64,000 bases of DNA from an uncultured Candidatus Saccharibacteria bacterium (GCA_964600695.1 CAZRKK010000004.1:20318-84317), one strand, 5' to 3'. Positions 49,454 through 60,808 are shown, numbered from the stretch's first letter. Made by a program: numbers and translations. The notes: generated by a model not told the origin, from the sequence alone.

Positions 49454-50053
49454 TTAAACGTGTGATGCTGATGAGCTGGCAGATTCGGCAACCGAAGGTC
49501 TGGTAACCAATGTCTCGTAACCAAAACGGCGGATCAAACAATCTGCGATACAGAATTGCATCATCTTCTGAATATCCGAATCGGTCACCCAAAATTGAAT
49601 AGTCGGGTTCTTTGTGCGAAACCTCACAACATCAAAATCCGGAAAGCTGGTGGCAAAATTCAGAATGTAGCTAGCCAGTTGCAAAACTGTGCCATGCTCA
49701 GAAGTGCTAAATCGTCTTTGCCAAATGGCGCTATCTTGCAAAGACTGTGAGTTTTTTTCCAAAAATATATCTACTTTTGGTTTAAAGTTATTATATATTC
49801 TAGTAAATTCCCCATTCGTCTCTGGAAGTGTTTTTAGCATTTCAATCCGGATGTCTGTAACCCATTCATCCCCGCTCAGTAGTTCCAGCCTCTTTGTCTC
49901 CTCAGCCGATTCCCAAGCTTCTTTAGAAGATAGAAATTTCCAAGGCTTAATAATTAACTGCTGGGTAAGTAACTCTCGTTTCTTTTCTTTCGACTTCACC
50001 TTTTTGGTGCCGACCAAAACCAGAGTAAACCAACTGCCTAATTCAATACTCAT
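49454..50053 (-). CDS. Hypothetical protein
   Basis: 199 aa, no recognisable domain. Sits upstream of the hrcA CIRCE on the same strand. Confidence 0.35.
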   Translation of the reverse strand: MSIELGSWFTLVLVGTKKVKSKEKKRELLTQQLIIKPWKFLSSKEAWESAEETKRLELLSGDEWVTDIRIEMLKTLPETNGEFTRIYNNFKPKVDIFLEKNSQSLQDSAIWQRRFSTSEHGTVLQLASYILNFATSFPDFDVVRFRTKNPTIQFWVTDSDIQKMMQFCIADCLIRRFGYETLVTRPSVAESASSSASHV

Positions 50054-50185
50054 TGTGTATTATATCCTCCTAGATACTCACTTAGTTACCCAATAATACA
50101 AAGGATAAACAAAAAAAGCAATGTAAAGTACACTTGACATGAAAATTATACCAGTTATACTTAATCTATAATTAAGTTTACAAAA

Positions 50186-50692
50186 ATGAATCAAAAATAT
50201 GGGACATGGTTAATTGCTGCATTTGTCTTAATTGCTGGTATTGGAATCTTTTCATATTACCAATCGAAAGATAATGGCATGACAGAAGAAAAGGCAGAAC
50301 AAAACCCAGCTTACGATGAAAAAATGATGGAGGGCAAAGCAATAACTGATAAGCCGATCACAGATGAGTCTATGGCAAAATTTGGTTCATACCAAGAATA
50401 TTCCCCACAAACAGTAACCGCCGAACAAGCCAAAGGCAATAAAGTTGTATTGTTCTTTTACGCTGCCTGGTGCCCATACTGCCGAACTGCAGACAAAGCT
50501 TTTACAGACAACTTAGATAAAATTCCTACTGGTGTCACTGTTTTAAAAACTGATTATGATTCTAACTCAGACCTAAAAAAGAAATACGGGGTTACCACCC
50601 AGCACACCTTCGTGCAAATTGATGATAAACAAGAAAAAGTTACGTTATGGATTTCTGGGGACGTGGAGTTATTAAAGAAAAATGTAAAATAA
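50186..50692 (+). CDS. Membrane-anchored thioredoxin-fold protein (CxxC)
   Basis: N-terminal TM, then thioredoxin motif FFYAAWCPYCRTADK. Confidence 0.75.
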   Translation: MNQKYGTWLIAAFVLIAGIGIFSYYQSKDNGMTEEKAEQNPAYDEKMMEGKAITDKPITDESMAKFGSYQEYSPQTVTAEQAKGNKVVLFFYAAWCPYCRTADKAFTDNLDKIPTGVTVLKTDYDSNSDLKKKYGVTTQHTFVQIDDKQEKVTLWISGDVELLKKNVK

Positions 50693-50696
50693 ACCT

Positions 50697-51416
50697 ATGC
50701 TCGAAATCTTATTCGCACTTATCGCGGGAATTCTAACTATTGGAGCACCGTGCATACTCCCCTTACTTCCGATATTACTAGGCAGTTCAATTGGCGGCAG
50801 TAAAACTCGACCACTATTTATAGCTGGAGGTTTTTCTCTAACATTTGCTTTAGTTGCACTAACAATCTCTTTCTTAACCACAAAGCTTGGTTTGGATCCT
50901 AACGTTCTTCGAATAGTTGCAGTAATTCTACTGGGCCTGTTTGGATTATTTATGCTTTGGCCAACTCCTTTCGAAAAATTGACCAGCTACCTTAGCAAAT
51001 TTTCTGGTAAAGCAACGGGTCTTGCCCAAAGTGCAGGCACCGGCAACTTCGGAGGATTTGTTTTAGGAATGATTCTTGGAATAATCTGGACACCATGTGC
51101 TGGGCCAGTGCTTGGTTCCATTCTTACTCTAATAGCAACTCAAGGTGATTTAGCCGTCTCTGGTATATTACTAATTGCCTATGCAATTGGAGCTAGTATA
51201 CCAATGTTGATAATAGCTTATGGTGGCCAAGTTGCCGCATCAAAAGTGCGCGCCATTACTCCTTACGCCACAAAAATTCAACAAATATTTGGAGTTGTAA
51301 TTATCATCTTAGCCGTACTTATTTTCTTTGGTTATGATACAGTTATTCAAGCTAAGCTCTTAGAATTTTATGACTTTGGATCTTTAGAAAGTAAAATCCT
51401 TACACCAAAACAATGA
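50697..51416 (+). CDS. ccdA: Cytochrome c-type biogenesis / thiol-disulfide transporter CcdA (DsbD beta-domain family)
   Basis: GAPCILPLLPILLG and IWTPCAGPVLGSIL Cys-containing TM motifs, 6 TM. Confidence 0.85.
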   Translation: MLEILFALIAGILTIGAPCILPLLPILLGSSIGGSKTRPLFIAGGFSLTFALVALTISFLTTKLGLDPNVLRIVAVILLGLFGLFMLWPTPFEKLTSYLSKFSGKATGLAQSAGTGNFGGFVLGMILGIIWTPCAGPVLGSILTLIATQGDLAVSGILLIAYAIGASIPMLIIAYGGQVAASKVRAITPYATKIQQIFGVVIIILAVLIFFGYDTVIQAKLLEFYDFGSLESKILTPKQ

Positions 51417-52471
51417 GAAAATTCCTTCCATACATTTTAATACTTATGGCGCTACTAATTGGTGGTGGTTTGTACATTCAAGCTCAGGGCAATGACAAGC
51501 CTTTGTTAAACGTAGCGTTTTTAAAATCTAAAAAGACCACTAATGATGATTCTAAACAAACATCAAAAGAAGCTTCCGGACCAAAGTTCAAAAACTTAGG
51601 GCAAGCCCCAGAATTTGCCGGTATTACCAAATGGTTAAATTCAGAACCTCTAACAATGGCCGACCTACAAGGCAAAGTGGTATTGGTAGATTTTTGGACT
51701 TACTCCTGCATCAACTGTATTCGCACTCTTCCTTACATTACAAAATGGTATGAGCAGTATAAGGATCAAGGATTAGTGGTTGTTGGAGTGCATACCCCAG
51801 AATTTGCTTTCGAAAAAGTGACTAGTAATGTAGAGACTGCTCTGAAGCGTTACAATATTACCTACCCTGTGGCCCAAGATAATAATTATAAAACATGGTC
51901 TGCTTTTAATAATCAATTTTGGCCTGCTCACTATTTAATAGATAAGAAAGGTGACATTGTTTACACTCACTTTGGTGAAGGTGAATATGAAAATACCGAA
52001 AAAGCTATCCGTACTCTACTGGGACTAGAGGGAGATGTGCAAATGCCTCAACAAGAAACCCCTAACCAAGCGGGCACAAGCGAAACATACTTAGGATCAG
52101 CCAGACTAAATAATTTTGGCGGAAGTGAGGCTCCAAGCAATGAAGAACAAATTTATGCTTTTCCAAAAAAGCTGGCTAAAAATAAATTCGCTCTTGAAGG
52201 TAAGTGGAAAATTGAACCAGAGGCAGCTGTTCACACCCAAGGGTTTGGTCGCATCCGATTTAACTTTACAGCTTCTAAAGTATTTATGGTGGCCGAGAGC
52301 AGTGAACCCACAACTATAAAAATTTACATCGACGGCAAGCTTCAGAAGGGCGTAACTATCAGCATCTCTGACCTCTACTCATTATACGAATCAGAAGTTG
52401 GCGCTAACCACACAATGGAAGTTGAATTCCCTAACGGCGGCGTAAGAGTATTTACATTTACTTTTGGATAA
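51413..52471 (+). CDS. TlpA/ResA-like extracytoplasmic thiol-disulfide oxidoreductase with an extra C-terminal beta-rich domain
   Basis: Signal anchor. Redoxin motif VVLVDFWTYSCINCIRTLPYI (CxxC). ~120-aa extra C-terminal domain. Confidence 0.8.
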   Translation: MRKFLPYILILMALLIGGGLYIQAQGNDKPLLNVAFLKSKKTTNDDSKQTSKEASGPKFKNLGQAPEFAGITKWLNSEPLTMADLQGKVVLVDFWTYSCINCIRTLPYITKWYEQYKDQGLVVVGVHTPEFAFEKVTSNVETALKRYNITYPVAQDNNYKTWSAFNNQFWPAHYLIDKKGDIVYTHFGEGEYENTEKAIRTLLGLEGDVQMPQQETPNQAGTSETYLGSARLNNFGGSEAPSNEEQIYAFPKKLAKNKFALEGKWKIEPEAAVHTQGFGRIRFNFTASKVFMVAESSEPTTIKIYIDGKLQKGVTISISDLYSLYESEVGANHTMEVEFPNGGVRVFTFTFG

Positions 52472-52488
52472 TTTCAAAATATAGATCA

Positions 52489-52689
52489 ATGACCATAGAT
52501 AATAGAATTAAAAAATTACGTTTAGAAAAAAATATCACCCAAGAAGACTTTGCTGATGTCTTGGGTGTTTCGAGGCAAACTATCATTGCTATAGAAAAAG
52601 GTAATTACACCCCTTCCCTATTACTAGCTATGCAAATTGCTAACTTTTTTGCTTTACCAATCGAAAAGGTTTTTGAGTTTAAAAATTAA
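52489..52689 (+). CDS. XRE-family (Cro/C1-type) HTH transcriptional regulator
   Basis: 66 aa; ITQEDFADVLGVSRQTIIAIEKG is a canonical XRE HTH. Confidence 0.8.
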   Translation: MTIDNRIKKLRLEKNITQEDFADVLGVSRQTIIAIEKGNYTPSLLLAMQIANFFALPIEKVFEFKN

Positions 52690-52710
52690 TCAATGATATA
52701 ATCTAAACAT

Positions 52711-53079
52711 ATGAAGTTAATCATCTATTATTTATCTTTGCTGGTATTTCTTGCTATCGTCACAGGATATTTAATTTCCCAAAATTCAACTGCAGACCCC
52801 ATGACCATGGGTACAATGGTAGGAATTTCTGCTGCATTAGTATTATATGTAGTTGCTATGTCGTTAATTGGTGAGGGCTCAAAAGAAGATGAACGAGGAG
52901 TTTTACATCGACAAATTGCCAATCGTATCGCTTTGATTGTTGGTAGTGCAGTGTTATCTATTGGGATCTTATACCAATTATTTGTATCTCATAATTTGAA
53001 CTATCTTGCCTTGATTGCCCTGATGGGTATAAACCTTTCAAAGATAATTTCCCTGATTTACCTGAATTATAAAAAATAG
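52711..53079 (+). CDS. Small membrane protein (partner of the XRE regulator)
   Basis: 122 aa, 4 predicted TM. Directly downstream of the XRE gene. Confidence 0.45.
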   Translation: MKLIIYYLSLLVFLAIVTGYLISQNSTADPMTMGTMVGISAALVLYVVAMSLIGEGSKEDERGVLHRQIANRIALIVGSAVLSIGILYQLFVSHNLNYLALIALMGINLSKIISLIYLNYKK

Positions 53080-53098
53080 TTTTCTGTGAAGAAAAGCA

Positions 53099-53126
53099 AA
53101 ACGCGACAGTAATGTCGCGTTTTTTG
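53099..53126. terminator. Bidirectional terminator (aaaacgcgacagtaatgtcgcgtttttt)
   Basis: 9-bp stem between convergent genes. Confidence 0.7.
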
Positions 53127-53127
53127 T

Positions 53128-56082
53128 TTATAACATCTTTTTTAAGTACTGTCCGGTATAACTACCTTTGATCTTTGCTACATCTTCTGGGGTTCCAGAG
53201 GCCATTATCTGACCACCCTTGTCTCCACCTTCTGGACCCATGTCTACAATCCAGTCAGCAGTTTTGATCATATCTAAGTTATGTTCGATTACTACAACCG
53301 TATTACCTTTTTCTACTAATTGATTTAGTACATAGACTAATCGTTTTACATCCGCAAAGTGAAGTCCAGTTGTAGGTTCGTCTAAGATATACAAAGTACG
53401 GCCTGTTTGGGCACGAGATAGCTCTGTCGCCAATTTAATACGCTGTGCTTCTCCCCCACTTAATGTAGTCGCATTTTGACCAAGATGCATATAACCCAAA
53501 CCAACTTCTGATAATGTATCGAGTTTACGTTTTACTGGAGGAACATTAGCGTAGAAAGTTTTAGCTTCATCAACAGTCATCTCTAAGACGTCACTGATGG
53601 TTTTACCGTTGTAGTGAATTTCCAAAGCTTCGCGGTTGTAACGCTTGCCATTACACTCTTCACAAGTAATATATACGTCTGGGAGGAAGTTCATTTCTAC
53701 TTTGATCACACCATCACCCTGACACTTTTCACAACGACCACCCTTCACGTTAAAACTAAAGCGACCGGCTTTGTAACCTTTCATTTTAGCTTCGCGAGTT
53801 TCGGCAAATAAATCTCTAACATAAGTGAAGATTCCTGTGTATGTCGCAGGATTAGAACGTGGAGTACGACCAATTGGAGATTGGTCAATATTAATCATTT
53901 TATCAATATGATCTACACCTAAAATCTTTTTGTGCTCACCTGGTTCATCTTTACTATTCCAAAAATGTTTGGATAAAGCCTTAGCTAAAATATCGTTTAG
54001 CAATGTAGACTTACCACTTCCAGAAACACCTGTAATACACACGAATTTTCCTAATGGGATTTCTGCATTAACGTTCTGTAAGTTATTTTCTGTAGCACCT
54101 AGTACTTGTAGCTTTTTACCATTACCTGGACGGCGTCGTTTTGGAACACTGATTTCTTCTTTGCCAGATAAATACTGTCCTGTAATAGAATTCTTTTCTT
54201 TAAGAATGTCGTTGATGGTTCCTTCAGCAATAATTTCTCCACCATGCTTACCAGCACCAGGACCAATATCAACTATCCAATCAGCTTCGCGAATCGTCTC
54301 TTCGTCATGTTCTACAACAATTACAGTATTACCAAGATCGCGAAGATTTTTAAGGGTAGTTAATAAGCGAGTGTTGTCGCGTTGGTGCAAACCAATCGAA
54401 GGTTCGTCTAAAATATACAAGACACCAGTTAGCCCAGATCCAATTTGTGTAGCTAAGCGAATACGCTGAGCTTCCCCACCAGAAAGAGTGTCGGCACCAC
54501 GATCCAAAGATAAATAAGCCAATCCAACATCTAACAAGAACTGCAACCGAGCCGTGATTTCTTTAAAAATCAATTTCGCAATTGCCATTTCTTTAGCGTT
54601 AAGTTGTTTTGGTAAGCTTTCGAAGAATTCACTTGCATCTTCGATAGAAAGATTAGAAACATCAACAATACCTTTATCAGCAATTGTGACAGACAAAACC
54701 TCTGGTTTTAATCTCTTACCATGACAAGTGGCACACTTTCGTATGCGCATGTAATTTTCTATCTCACTGCGCATGTAGTCAGATTCAGTTTCGCGATAAC
54801 GACGTTCAAGATTCGCAACCACACCTTCGAAGTTAGCTTGATATTCACGGCCTGTTTCTGTTGGCATAGTAATGCGCTTACCACCTGTACCGTACATAAT
54901 CACTTCGATAGCCTTTTTAGGTAAGTCTTTTACTGGAACACTCACCGAAAAACCATATTCTTTAGCTAAGATCTCTAACACACGAGAGTACCAAGAAATT
55001 CTGGCTGTGGTTTTGCTCCAAGGGCGAATCGCACCTTCTGCTAATGTAAGTTTTAAATTTGGCATCACTAAATCAGGTTCAACAGTTAGCTTAGTTCCAA
55101 GTCCTTTACAGTCTGGACAAGCACCGTGCGGGCTATTGAAAGAAAATTCACGAGGGTCGAGTTCGGTTAAACTAATTGCATGACCGCTAGGACAAGAAAA
55201 TTTTTGAGAGAAAGGAATTTCTTTCTTAATCTTTGGTTGAGATCCGTTTGCAGAAACACCGCTACCGGTTTCGGAATCAACTACTAAAACTAAAGATAAC
55301 TGATCGCCGTAGTCTAAAGTTTTTTCTAAACTTTCACTAAGACGCGCGCGGTCATCCTTGCTTATTGCCAAACGGTCAACAATGACTTCGATGTTATGCT
55401 TTTTTTGCTTATCTAAATTTAATCCCTGTGCTTCGTTAAGATCCATAATGGTTCCATCCACACGAACACGAGAGAAACCAGACTTTTTAAGTTGTTCAAA
55501 AACTAATCGATGCTCACCTTTTTGATCACGAATCAAAGGAGACAACAACATAATTTTAGTACCTTCGGGCATTTCTAAAAGTTGATCCACGATAGCTTGT
55601 AAAGTTTGCCCCTCAACGCGCTTACCACATTCTGGACAATGAGGGATTCCAATACGAGCGTACAGCAAACGCATGTAGTCATAAATTTCGGTAACAGTTC
55701 CAACAGTAGAACGAGGGTTATGTGAAGCAGACTTTTGATCAATAGAAATCGCTGGTGACAGTCCTTCGATTTTATCTACATCCGGCTTATCCATTAATCC
55801 AATAAACTGACGAGCATAGGCAGACAAGGATTCCACGTAACGACGCTGTCCTTCGGCATAAATAGTGTCGAAAGCTAATGATGATTTTCCACTACCAGAA
55901 AGCCCAGTCATAACAATTAATTTATGACGAGGAAGATTCAAATTTACATTCTTTAAATTATGAACGCGGGCACCACGAATCACGATCTGATTTTCTCCCA
56001 CATTTAAGGGAGTTTTTCGTGCAGTAACTTTCTGTGCCGCGGGCTTGCTCGCTGGTGAGCTTTTTATTTGTTTCTTAGGCAT
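53128..56082 (-). CDS. uvrA: Excinuclease ABC subunit A
   Basis: Two ABC ATPase modules ([10 protein letters not shown] / [19 protein letters not shown] x2) and zinc-finger Cys clusters. Start placed at MPKKQIK (cat 56080-56082). Confidence 0.95.
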   Translation of the reverse strand: MPKKQIKSSPASKPAAQKVTARKTPLNVGENQIVIRGARVHNLKNVNLNLPRHKLIVMTGLSGSGKSSLAFDTIYAEGQRRYVESLSAYARQFIGLMDKPDVDKIEGLSPAISIDQKSASHNPRSTVGTVTEIYDYMRLLYARIGIPHCPECGKRVEGQTLQAIVDQLLEMPEGTKIMLLSPLIRDQKGEHRLVFEQLKKSGFSRVRVDGTIMDLNEAQGLNLDKQKKHNIEVIVDRLAISKDDRARLSESLEKTLDYGDQLSLVLVVDSETGSGVSANGSQPKIKKEIPFSQKFSCPSGHAISLTELDPREFSFNSPHGACPDCKGLGTKLTVEPDLVMPNLKLTLAEGAIRPWSKTTARISWYSRVLEILAKEYGFSVSVPVKDLPKKAIEVIMYGTGGKRITMPTETGREYQANFEGVVANLERRYRETESDYMRSEIENYMRIRKCATCHGKRLKPEVLSVTIADKGIVDVSNLSIEDASEFFESLPKQLNAKEMAIAKLIFKEITARLQFLLDVGLAYLSLDRGADTLSGGEAQRIRLATQIGSGLTGVLYILDEPSIGLHQRDNTRLLTTLKNLRDLGNTVIVVEHDEETIREADWIVDIGPGAGKHGGEIIAEGTINDILKEKNSITGQYLSGKEEISVPKRRRPGNGKKLQVLGATENNLQNVNAEIPLGKFVCITGVSGSGKSTLLNDILAKALSKHFWNSKDEPGEHKKILGVDHIDKMINIDQSPIGRTPRSNPATYTGIFTYVRDLFAETREAKMKGYKAGRFSFNVKGGRCEKCQGDGVIKVEMNFLPDVYITCEECNGKRYNREALEIHYNGKTISDVLEMTVDEAKTFYANVPPVKRKLDTLSEVGLGYMHLGQNATTLSGGEAQRIKLATELSRAQTGRTLYILDEPTTGLHFADVKRLVYVLNQLVEKGNTVVVIEHNLDMIKTADWIVDMGPEGGDKGGQIMASGTPEDVAKIKGSYTGQYLKKML

Positions 56083-56138
56083 GTTTAATATATATAATAG
56101 TAGAACTTTACTAACGCTAGCATAAAAAAAAGAGACTA

Positions 56139-56690
56139 TCAAGTCTCTATAAGCGAATTATTTTCTACTGGCAATTTTGGAAGTCCAAACCGAATCTTAT
56201 ATGGTCCAGGCTGATACAAACCAGTTACAGAAATTCTAAATTTAGGATCAACTACAGATTGTAAGATTTCTTTTATCTCCTTAAGCATGTAGTTATAATG
56301 TGTGTACCCTGAGAAAAGCTCTATGGTTTGACCTGGTTCAATTGAATCTTTAAACTCAGAAATTTTTTCTAAGCAATTAAAGATCAAATCCTGCTTGGCA
56401 TTCTTTTGCTCTGCATTGTTGGAAGCTACACCTAAGATATACACCAAGGGCAGAGATAAAAACAACAACAGAACAATAGAAAACATCCACAAAATTTTAA
56501 GATTAGGGAGGCCAAAAAACAAAGCCTCGAAAAGTGTGCAAAGGCAGAGTGCTATTGAAAAAGTCATCAAGATAAGCCAAAAGCCATTTCTCCTGAATTC
56601 TCTTTCAAAAAAATTGGTTAAGCGATTAAACATATTTCCTCCTGTGTTTCTAGTACAGCATATTATAGCTATAATACTATAGTAAGACAA
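56139..56690 (-). CDS. Membrane hypothetical protein
   Basis: 183 aa, 2-3 TM. Divergent from uvrC. Confidence 0.4.
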   Translation of the reverse strand: MSYYSIIAIICCTRNTGGNMFNRLTNFFEREFRRNGFWLILMTFSIALCLCTLFEALFFGLPNLKILWMFSIVLLLFLSLPLVYILGVASNNAEQKNAKQDLIFNCLEKISEFKDSIEPGQTIELFSGYTHYNYMLKEIKEILQSVVDPKFRISVTGLYQPGPYKIRFGLPKLPVENNSLIET

Positions 56691-56692
56691 CT

Positions 56693-58537
56693 ATGGCTAA
56701 AATAGAAAATAAGCTAAAAGAAAAGTTAAGCGACGTCCCCCGTAAACCAGGAGTGTATAAATTCCTAGATAAAGACGGTGGTGTTTTATACGTGGGTAAA
56801 GCTAAAAATCTACGTTCCCGTTTAAGCCAGTATTTTAGTGGCCACGATACTCGCCCACAACTTCCCTACCTTATGGCTGATGCTGTGGATTTTGACTATA
56901 TAATAGTGCAAACCGAATTAGAGAGCTTGTTCTTAGAGAATACTCTTATCAAGGAGTATATGCCGCAGTACAACATCATGCTCCGTGATGACAAGAATTA
57001 TGCTTTTATTAAAATCGATCATTCTACTACTATCCCGCAGATTACCTACGCCCGCAAAGTTGATCCAACCAGTTCTGCAAAAAACCGATCCAAATTCTTC
57101 GGGCCTTATTCTTCCACAAAAAAAATTCGACAAACTCTAGACCTAACTAGAAAAATATTTCCCTACTGCTCTAATACCGAAGTCGGTAAGCGTCCTTGTT
57201 TTTATTATTTCCTTCATCGCTGTCCTGGAGTGTGTATTGGAGAAATCTCCTTGGCCGACTACGAAAAACAGCTTGATTTGATTAGTCTATTTCTTTCAGG
57301 GCAAACTTCCCCAATCAAAAAGCAGTTAGAAGCAAAGATGAAGCAATCAGCCAAAAGTAAAAAATTTGAACTCGCCGCCAAATTGCGTGATCAATATCAA
57401 GCAATTCAAATTTTAGATGAAAAACAAATCACCATGTTTGCCAAAAAAGTCTCGTGGGATTTTGTTTCTGTGTTTTCTAACGACCTCTCCGCAGCTGTAA
57501 ACTTATTTAAAGTTCGCGAAGGTAAACTTAAAGATAATGAACAATTTATTTTTGACAACATCTTAGGATTCAATCCAGAATTTAGAACAGAAGCGATTAT
57601 CCAAAGTTTCTTAGAAAATTATTACGCTCAAGCCACTGATATACCCAAAGAGATTTACACACAAAACAAACCAGAGAACGACAGTATCGTTTATGAGTTG
57701 ATTGAGTCCAGAAAGATTAGCAAAACCAGTATTCCAAAAATTTCTGTACCTACCCGTGGACCAAAACTTAAACTCATTAATTTAGGCAAAGTTAATGCAG
57801 AGCAATTCCTACTCAAGTGGCAACGCAATCAAGCCACTAACCTAGACGCTATTAAAGAAACTTTGGAACAACTAAAAGAATTATTAAAGCTTCCAAATAC
57901 ACCACGACGTATCGAAGGCTATGACATCAGCAATACTCAAGGCACTAACCCTGTGGGTAGCATGGTGGTAATTAAAGATGGCCAACCAGCCAAAAGTGAA
58001 TACAGAAAGTTTAAGATCACTGGTAAAAAAACACCAGATGACTTTGCTATGATGCGTGAAATGCTGCAACGTCGCTTAACTAGAGTAAATCCTGCCAACA
58101 AAGCAGATGCTTGGCCAATCCCAGACTTACTTGTTATTGATGGTGGTAAAGGTCAACTTGGAGTCGTGGTAGAAGTACTCAAAGAATTCAAGCTCAAGAT
58201 TCCTGTGGTTGGTTTGGCTAAAAGAATCGAAGAAATTTTCTTACCGCACAACTCAAAGCCAATTGTTCTACCTCACGATAATCCTGTTCTGCAAATGCTC
58301 CAAAGATTACGTGATGAAGCTCATCGTTTTGGAATAACTTTTCATAAAAGCTTACGAAGCAAGCAAGCAGTAAAATCCGCTTTAGACACCATCCCAGGTA
58401 TTGGTCCGAAAACTAAAAAACTGCTCAAACAAAAAATCGGCACAGTTGATATGATCAGACGCGTACCGATTGCAGAACTAGAAAAGCTAGTTGGAAAATC
58501 AAAGGCTACAATTATTAAAAAATCCTTGCACAATTAA
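56693..58537 (+). CDS. uvrC: Excinuclease ABC subunit C
   Basis: GIY-YIG N-terminus (GVYKFLDKDGGVLYVGKAKNLRSRLSQYF). UvrC RNase H-like and HhH C-terminal domains. Confidence 0.95.
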   Translation: MAKIENKLKEKLSDVPRKPGVYKFLDKDGGVLYVGKAKNLRSRLSQYFSGHDTRPQLPYLMADAVDFDYIIVQTELESLFLENTLIKEYMPQYNIMLRDDKNYAFIKIDHSTTIPQITYARKVDPTSSAKNRSKFFGPYSSTKKIRQTLDLTRKIFPYCSNTEVGKRPCFYYFLHRCPGVCIGEISLADYEKQLDLISLFLSGQTSPIKKQLEAKMKQSAKSKKFELAAKLRDQYQAIQILDEKQITMFAKKVSWDFVSVFSNDLSAAVNLFKVREGKLKDNEQFIFDNILGFNPEFRTEAIIQSFLENYYAQATDIPKEIYTQNKPENDSIVYELIESRKISKTSIPKISVPTRGPKLKLINLGKVNAEQFLLKWQRNQATNLDAIKETLEQLKELLKLPNTPRRIEGYDISNTQGTNPVGSMVVIKDGQPAKSEYRKFKITGKKTPDDFAMMREMLQRRLTRVNPANKADAWPIPDLLVIDGGKGQLGVVVEVLKEFKLKIPVVGLAKRIEEIFLPHNSKPIVLPHDNPVLQMLQRLRDEAHRFGITFHKSLRSKQAVKSALDTIPGIGPKTKKLLKQKIGTVDMIRRVPIAELEKLVGKSKATIIKKSLHN

Positions 58538-58632
58538 GTTTTGCCTCACACAACAACAAGCCTTTGCCCAGATTGACACAACCACTGGATATTACTATAA
58601 TAACTAAGCTATTTTTAAAATATCATACACTT

Positions 58633-58860
58633 ATGAAAAACCTCTCCTATATCCTAACAATTATCGACATGGTCGTTATGGTAGCCCTTATTATCACAGT
58701 AACTCTACAAAATAAGTCTGCCGGATTGTCCAACATTTTTGGTGGTGGTGGAGTTGTAACCACTCGACGCGGTTCTGATAAGTACCTCTTTTTTGCCACT
58801 ATAGTACTAGGGGTTATTTTCACTGGCCTCAGCTTAACTATTGTCTTACTCGGTAAGTAA
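58633..58860 (+). CDS. secG: Preprotein translocase subunit SecG
   Basis: MKNLSYILTIIDMVVMVALIITVTLQNKSAGLSNIFGGGG... Two TM segments with a Gly-rich loop. Start at the internal ATG 58633. Confidence 0.7.
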   Translation: MKNLSYILTIIDMVVMVALIITVTLQNKSAGLSNIFGGGGVVTTRRGSDKYLFFATIVLGVIFTGLSLTIVLLGK

Positions 58861-58891
58861 TAGCCCACCGGCTAACTAGATTCTCAATCCT

Positions 58892-60652
58892 GTGAATTCA
58901 ACATTATTACAATCATCTAAGTCGTATAGTAAACGTATCCTACAAGGAATACGCGCTTTGCGCCATATCAAACTTTCCGTGATACGGAGAGTTTTTTCAT
59001 TAATGGGCAGACGCGAAAAAATGATTTTTTTCGGGTTACTTGGCATAAGCTTAGTAAGTTTTTTATTTAGCAGTGCGAGACTTGTTCAAAAATATACAGC
59101 AGTAGTGCCTGCCCAAGGTGGAATATATCGCGAAGGTATTATTGGTCAACCACGATTCATCAATCCCCTATATGCCTCTTCTAATACAGATAAGTCTTTA
59201 GTTAATTTAATCTATTCTGGATTATATAAGTTTGATAGCAATGGTAATGTTGTCCCCGATCTAGCTTCTGGCTTCCCGGAAGTTTCCGAAGACGGCAAAA
59301 CCTACACTATTAAATTGAATTCTGGACTGTTATGGCACAACGGATTGCCGGTAACATCTAGTGATGTGATGTTCACAATCAAAACATTGCAAAATGCTGA
59401 ATATAACAGCCCTCGACGCAGTGAATGGATGTCTACTTCTGTTGAAACTCCAGATGAAAACACTGTCGTCTTTAAACTAAAAAATGCTTCTGGCCCCTTC
59501 TTAAATAACTTAACTCTACCAATTATTAGCGAAGTGGTTTGGGGTAAAATTGCCCCATCCGAATTTGTAAATTCTTTGGGAAATATAGAAGCTATTGGTA
59601 GTGGTCCGTATCTTGTAAAAGAAGTGAAGAAGACTAACCAAGGTACTATTCAATCTTTAACTCTAGAGTCTTCGTCTAGCTTTTTACCAAAAGCTTCTTA
59701 CATCAACTCGGTACGAATCAACTTTTACGAAAATAGTGAAGAGCTTCTTAAAGCTATGCTTGGAAACCAAATTGATGGTTTTGGTTTTAGTCAATTTGAA
59801 CAGCGTGTGAGTATTAAGCAGTCCGCTAATAATTTAACTATCCATCAAATTCCCCTACCACAATACCAAGCGGTATTTTTGAACACCGCCAATAAAGCGT
59901 TAGGTGATGTTAGAGTTCGCAGAGCTCTAAATATGACTAGCGATAAATCTAAAATCTTAAATGAAATCTTCGAAGGTCAAGGATTATTAATCGACAGTCC
60001 AATTCTAACTCAGCATGTTTCTAATCTGCCGAATGTAGAATCTAAAACCGATCTTGAAGGAGCTAAAGCTTTACTAGAAGAAGCTGGTTGGAGACTAGAC
60101 CCAAACTCTAATATTCGCAAAAAAAATAATACTGAATTAAAATTCACTCTTGCAACTAATGATTCAGCTATTAATGTTCATAGCGCCGAATTGTTAATTA
60201 AGCAGTGGCAAGAATTAGGAGTTGCTGTAACACTTAATACTTTACCAACTAAAGAACTAAACGAATCTGTAATCAAACCACGTAGTTATGACATGCTGTT
60301 GTTTGCTCAAAAACTTGGAGCCGATCCTGATCCTTTTGTATTTTGGCATTCCAGCCAAACCAAAGCGCCTGGATTAAACCTATCAAATTATACAAACGTA
60401 ACCGTAGATGGTTTGATGAGTGAAGCTCGTGCCAGTACAGATAAAACTGAACGTGATGCAAAATATCTTCAACTACATGATATTATTCGCCAAGATTTAC
60501 CCGCCATCTTTTTAGTACAGTCTGTCTATACCTATGCAATCTCTAATGACATTGAAGGTTTTGGTATAAAAAGCCTCCCAGACGAAACTACTCGATTCTA
60601 CGATCTGAGAAATTGGTATCTTGATACTAAACGAGTATTTAGCAAGGATTAA
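58892..60652 (+). CDS. ABC transporter substrate-binding protein, family 5 (oligopeptide/nickel type), orphan
   Basis: 586 aa. N-terminal signal anchor (MIFFGLLGISLVSFLF; true start probably M38/M44). SBP family-5 fold. No adjacent permease or ATPase genes. Confidence 0.75.
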   Translation: MNSTLLQSSKSYSKRILQGIRALRHIKLSVIRRVFSLMGRREKMIFFGLLGISLVSFLFSSARLVQKYTAVVPAQGGIYREGIIGQPRFINPLYASSNTDKSLVNLIYSGLYKFDSNGNVVPDLASGFPEVSEDGKTYTIKLNSGLLWHNGLPVTSSDVMFTIKTLQNAEYNSPRRSEWMSTSVETPDENTVVFKLKNASGPFLNNLTLPIISEVVWGKIAPSEFVNSLGNIEAIGSGPYLVKEVKKTNQGTIQSLTLESSSSFLPKASYINSVRINFYENSEELLKAMLGNQIDGFGFSQFEQRVSIKQSANNLTIHQIPLPQYQAVFLNTANKALGDVRVRRALNMTSDKSKILNEIFEGQGLLIDSPILTQHVSNLPNVESKTDLEGAKALLEEAGWRLDPNSNIRKKNNTELKFTLATNDSAINVHSAELLIKQWQELGVAVTLNTLPTKELNESVIKPRSYDMLLFAQKLGADPDPFVFWHSSQTKAPGLNLSNYTNVTVDGLMSEARASTDKTERDAKYLQLHDIIRQDLPAIFLVQSVYTYAISNDIEGFGIKSLPDETTRFYDLRNWYLDTKRVFSKD

Positions 60653-60671
60653 ACCTAATCAATATAACCCA

Positions 60672-60758
60672 GCCGCGGTGGTGAAATTGGCATACACGTA
60701 CGCTTCAGGTGCGTATGAGAGCAATCTCGTGAGGGTTCAAGTCCCTCTCGCGGCACCA
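60672..60758 (+). tRNA. tRNA-Leu (anticodon CAG), class II with long variable arm, CCA encoded
   Basis: Acceptor gccgcgg/tcgcggc, 3-bp D-stem gtg/cac, anticodon stem tacgc/gcgta with loop ttCAGgt, long variable arm, T-arm gaggg-ttcaagt-ccctc, discriminator A + CCA. Confidence 0.85.
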
Positions 60759-60808
60759 GCTCAAGCATTAATTTAGCGCTTAAACAAGCCAGATTTGTCT
60801 AAAATTGA

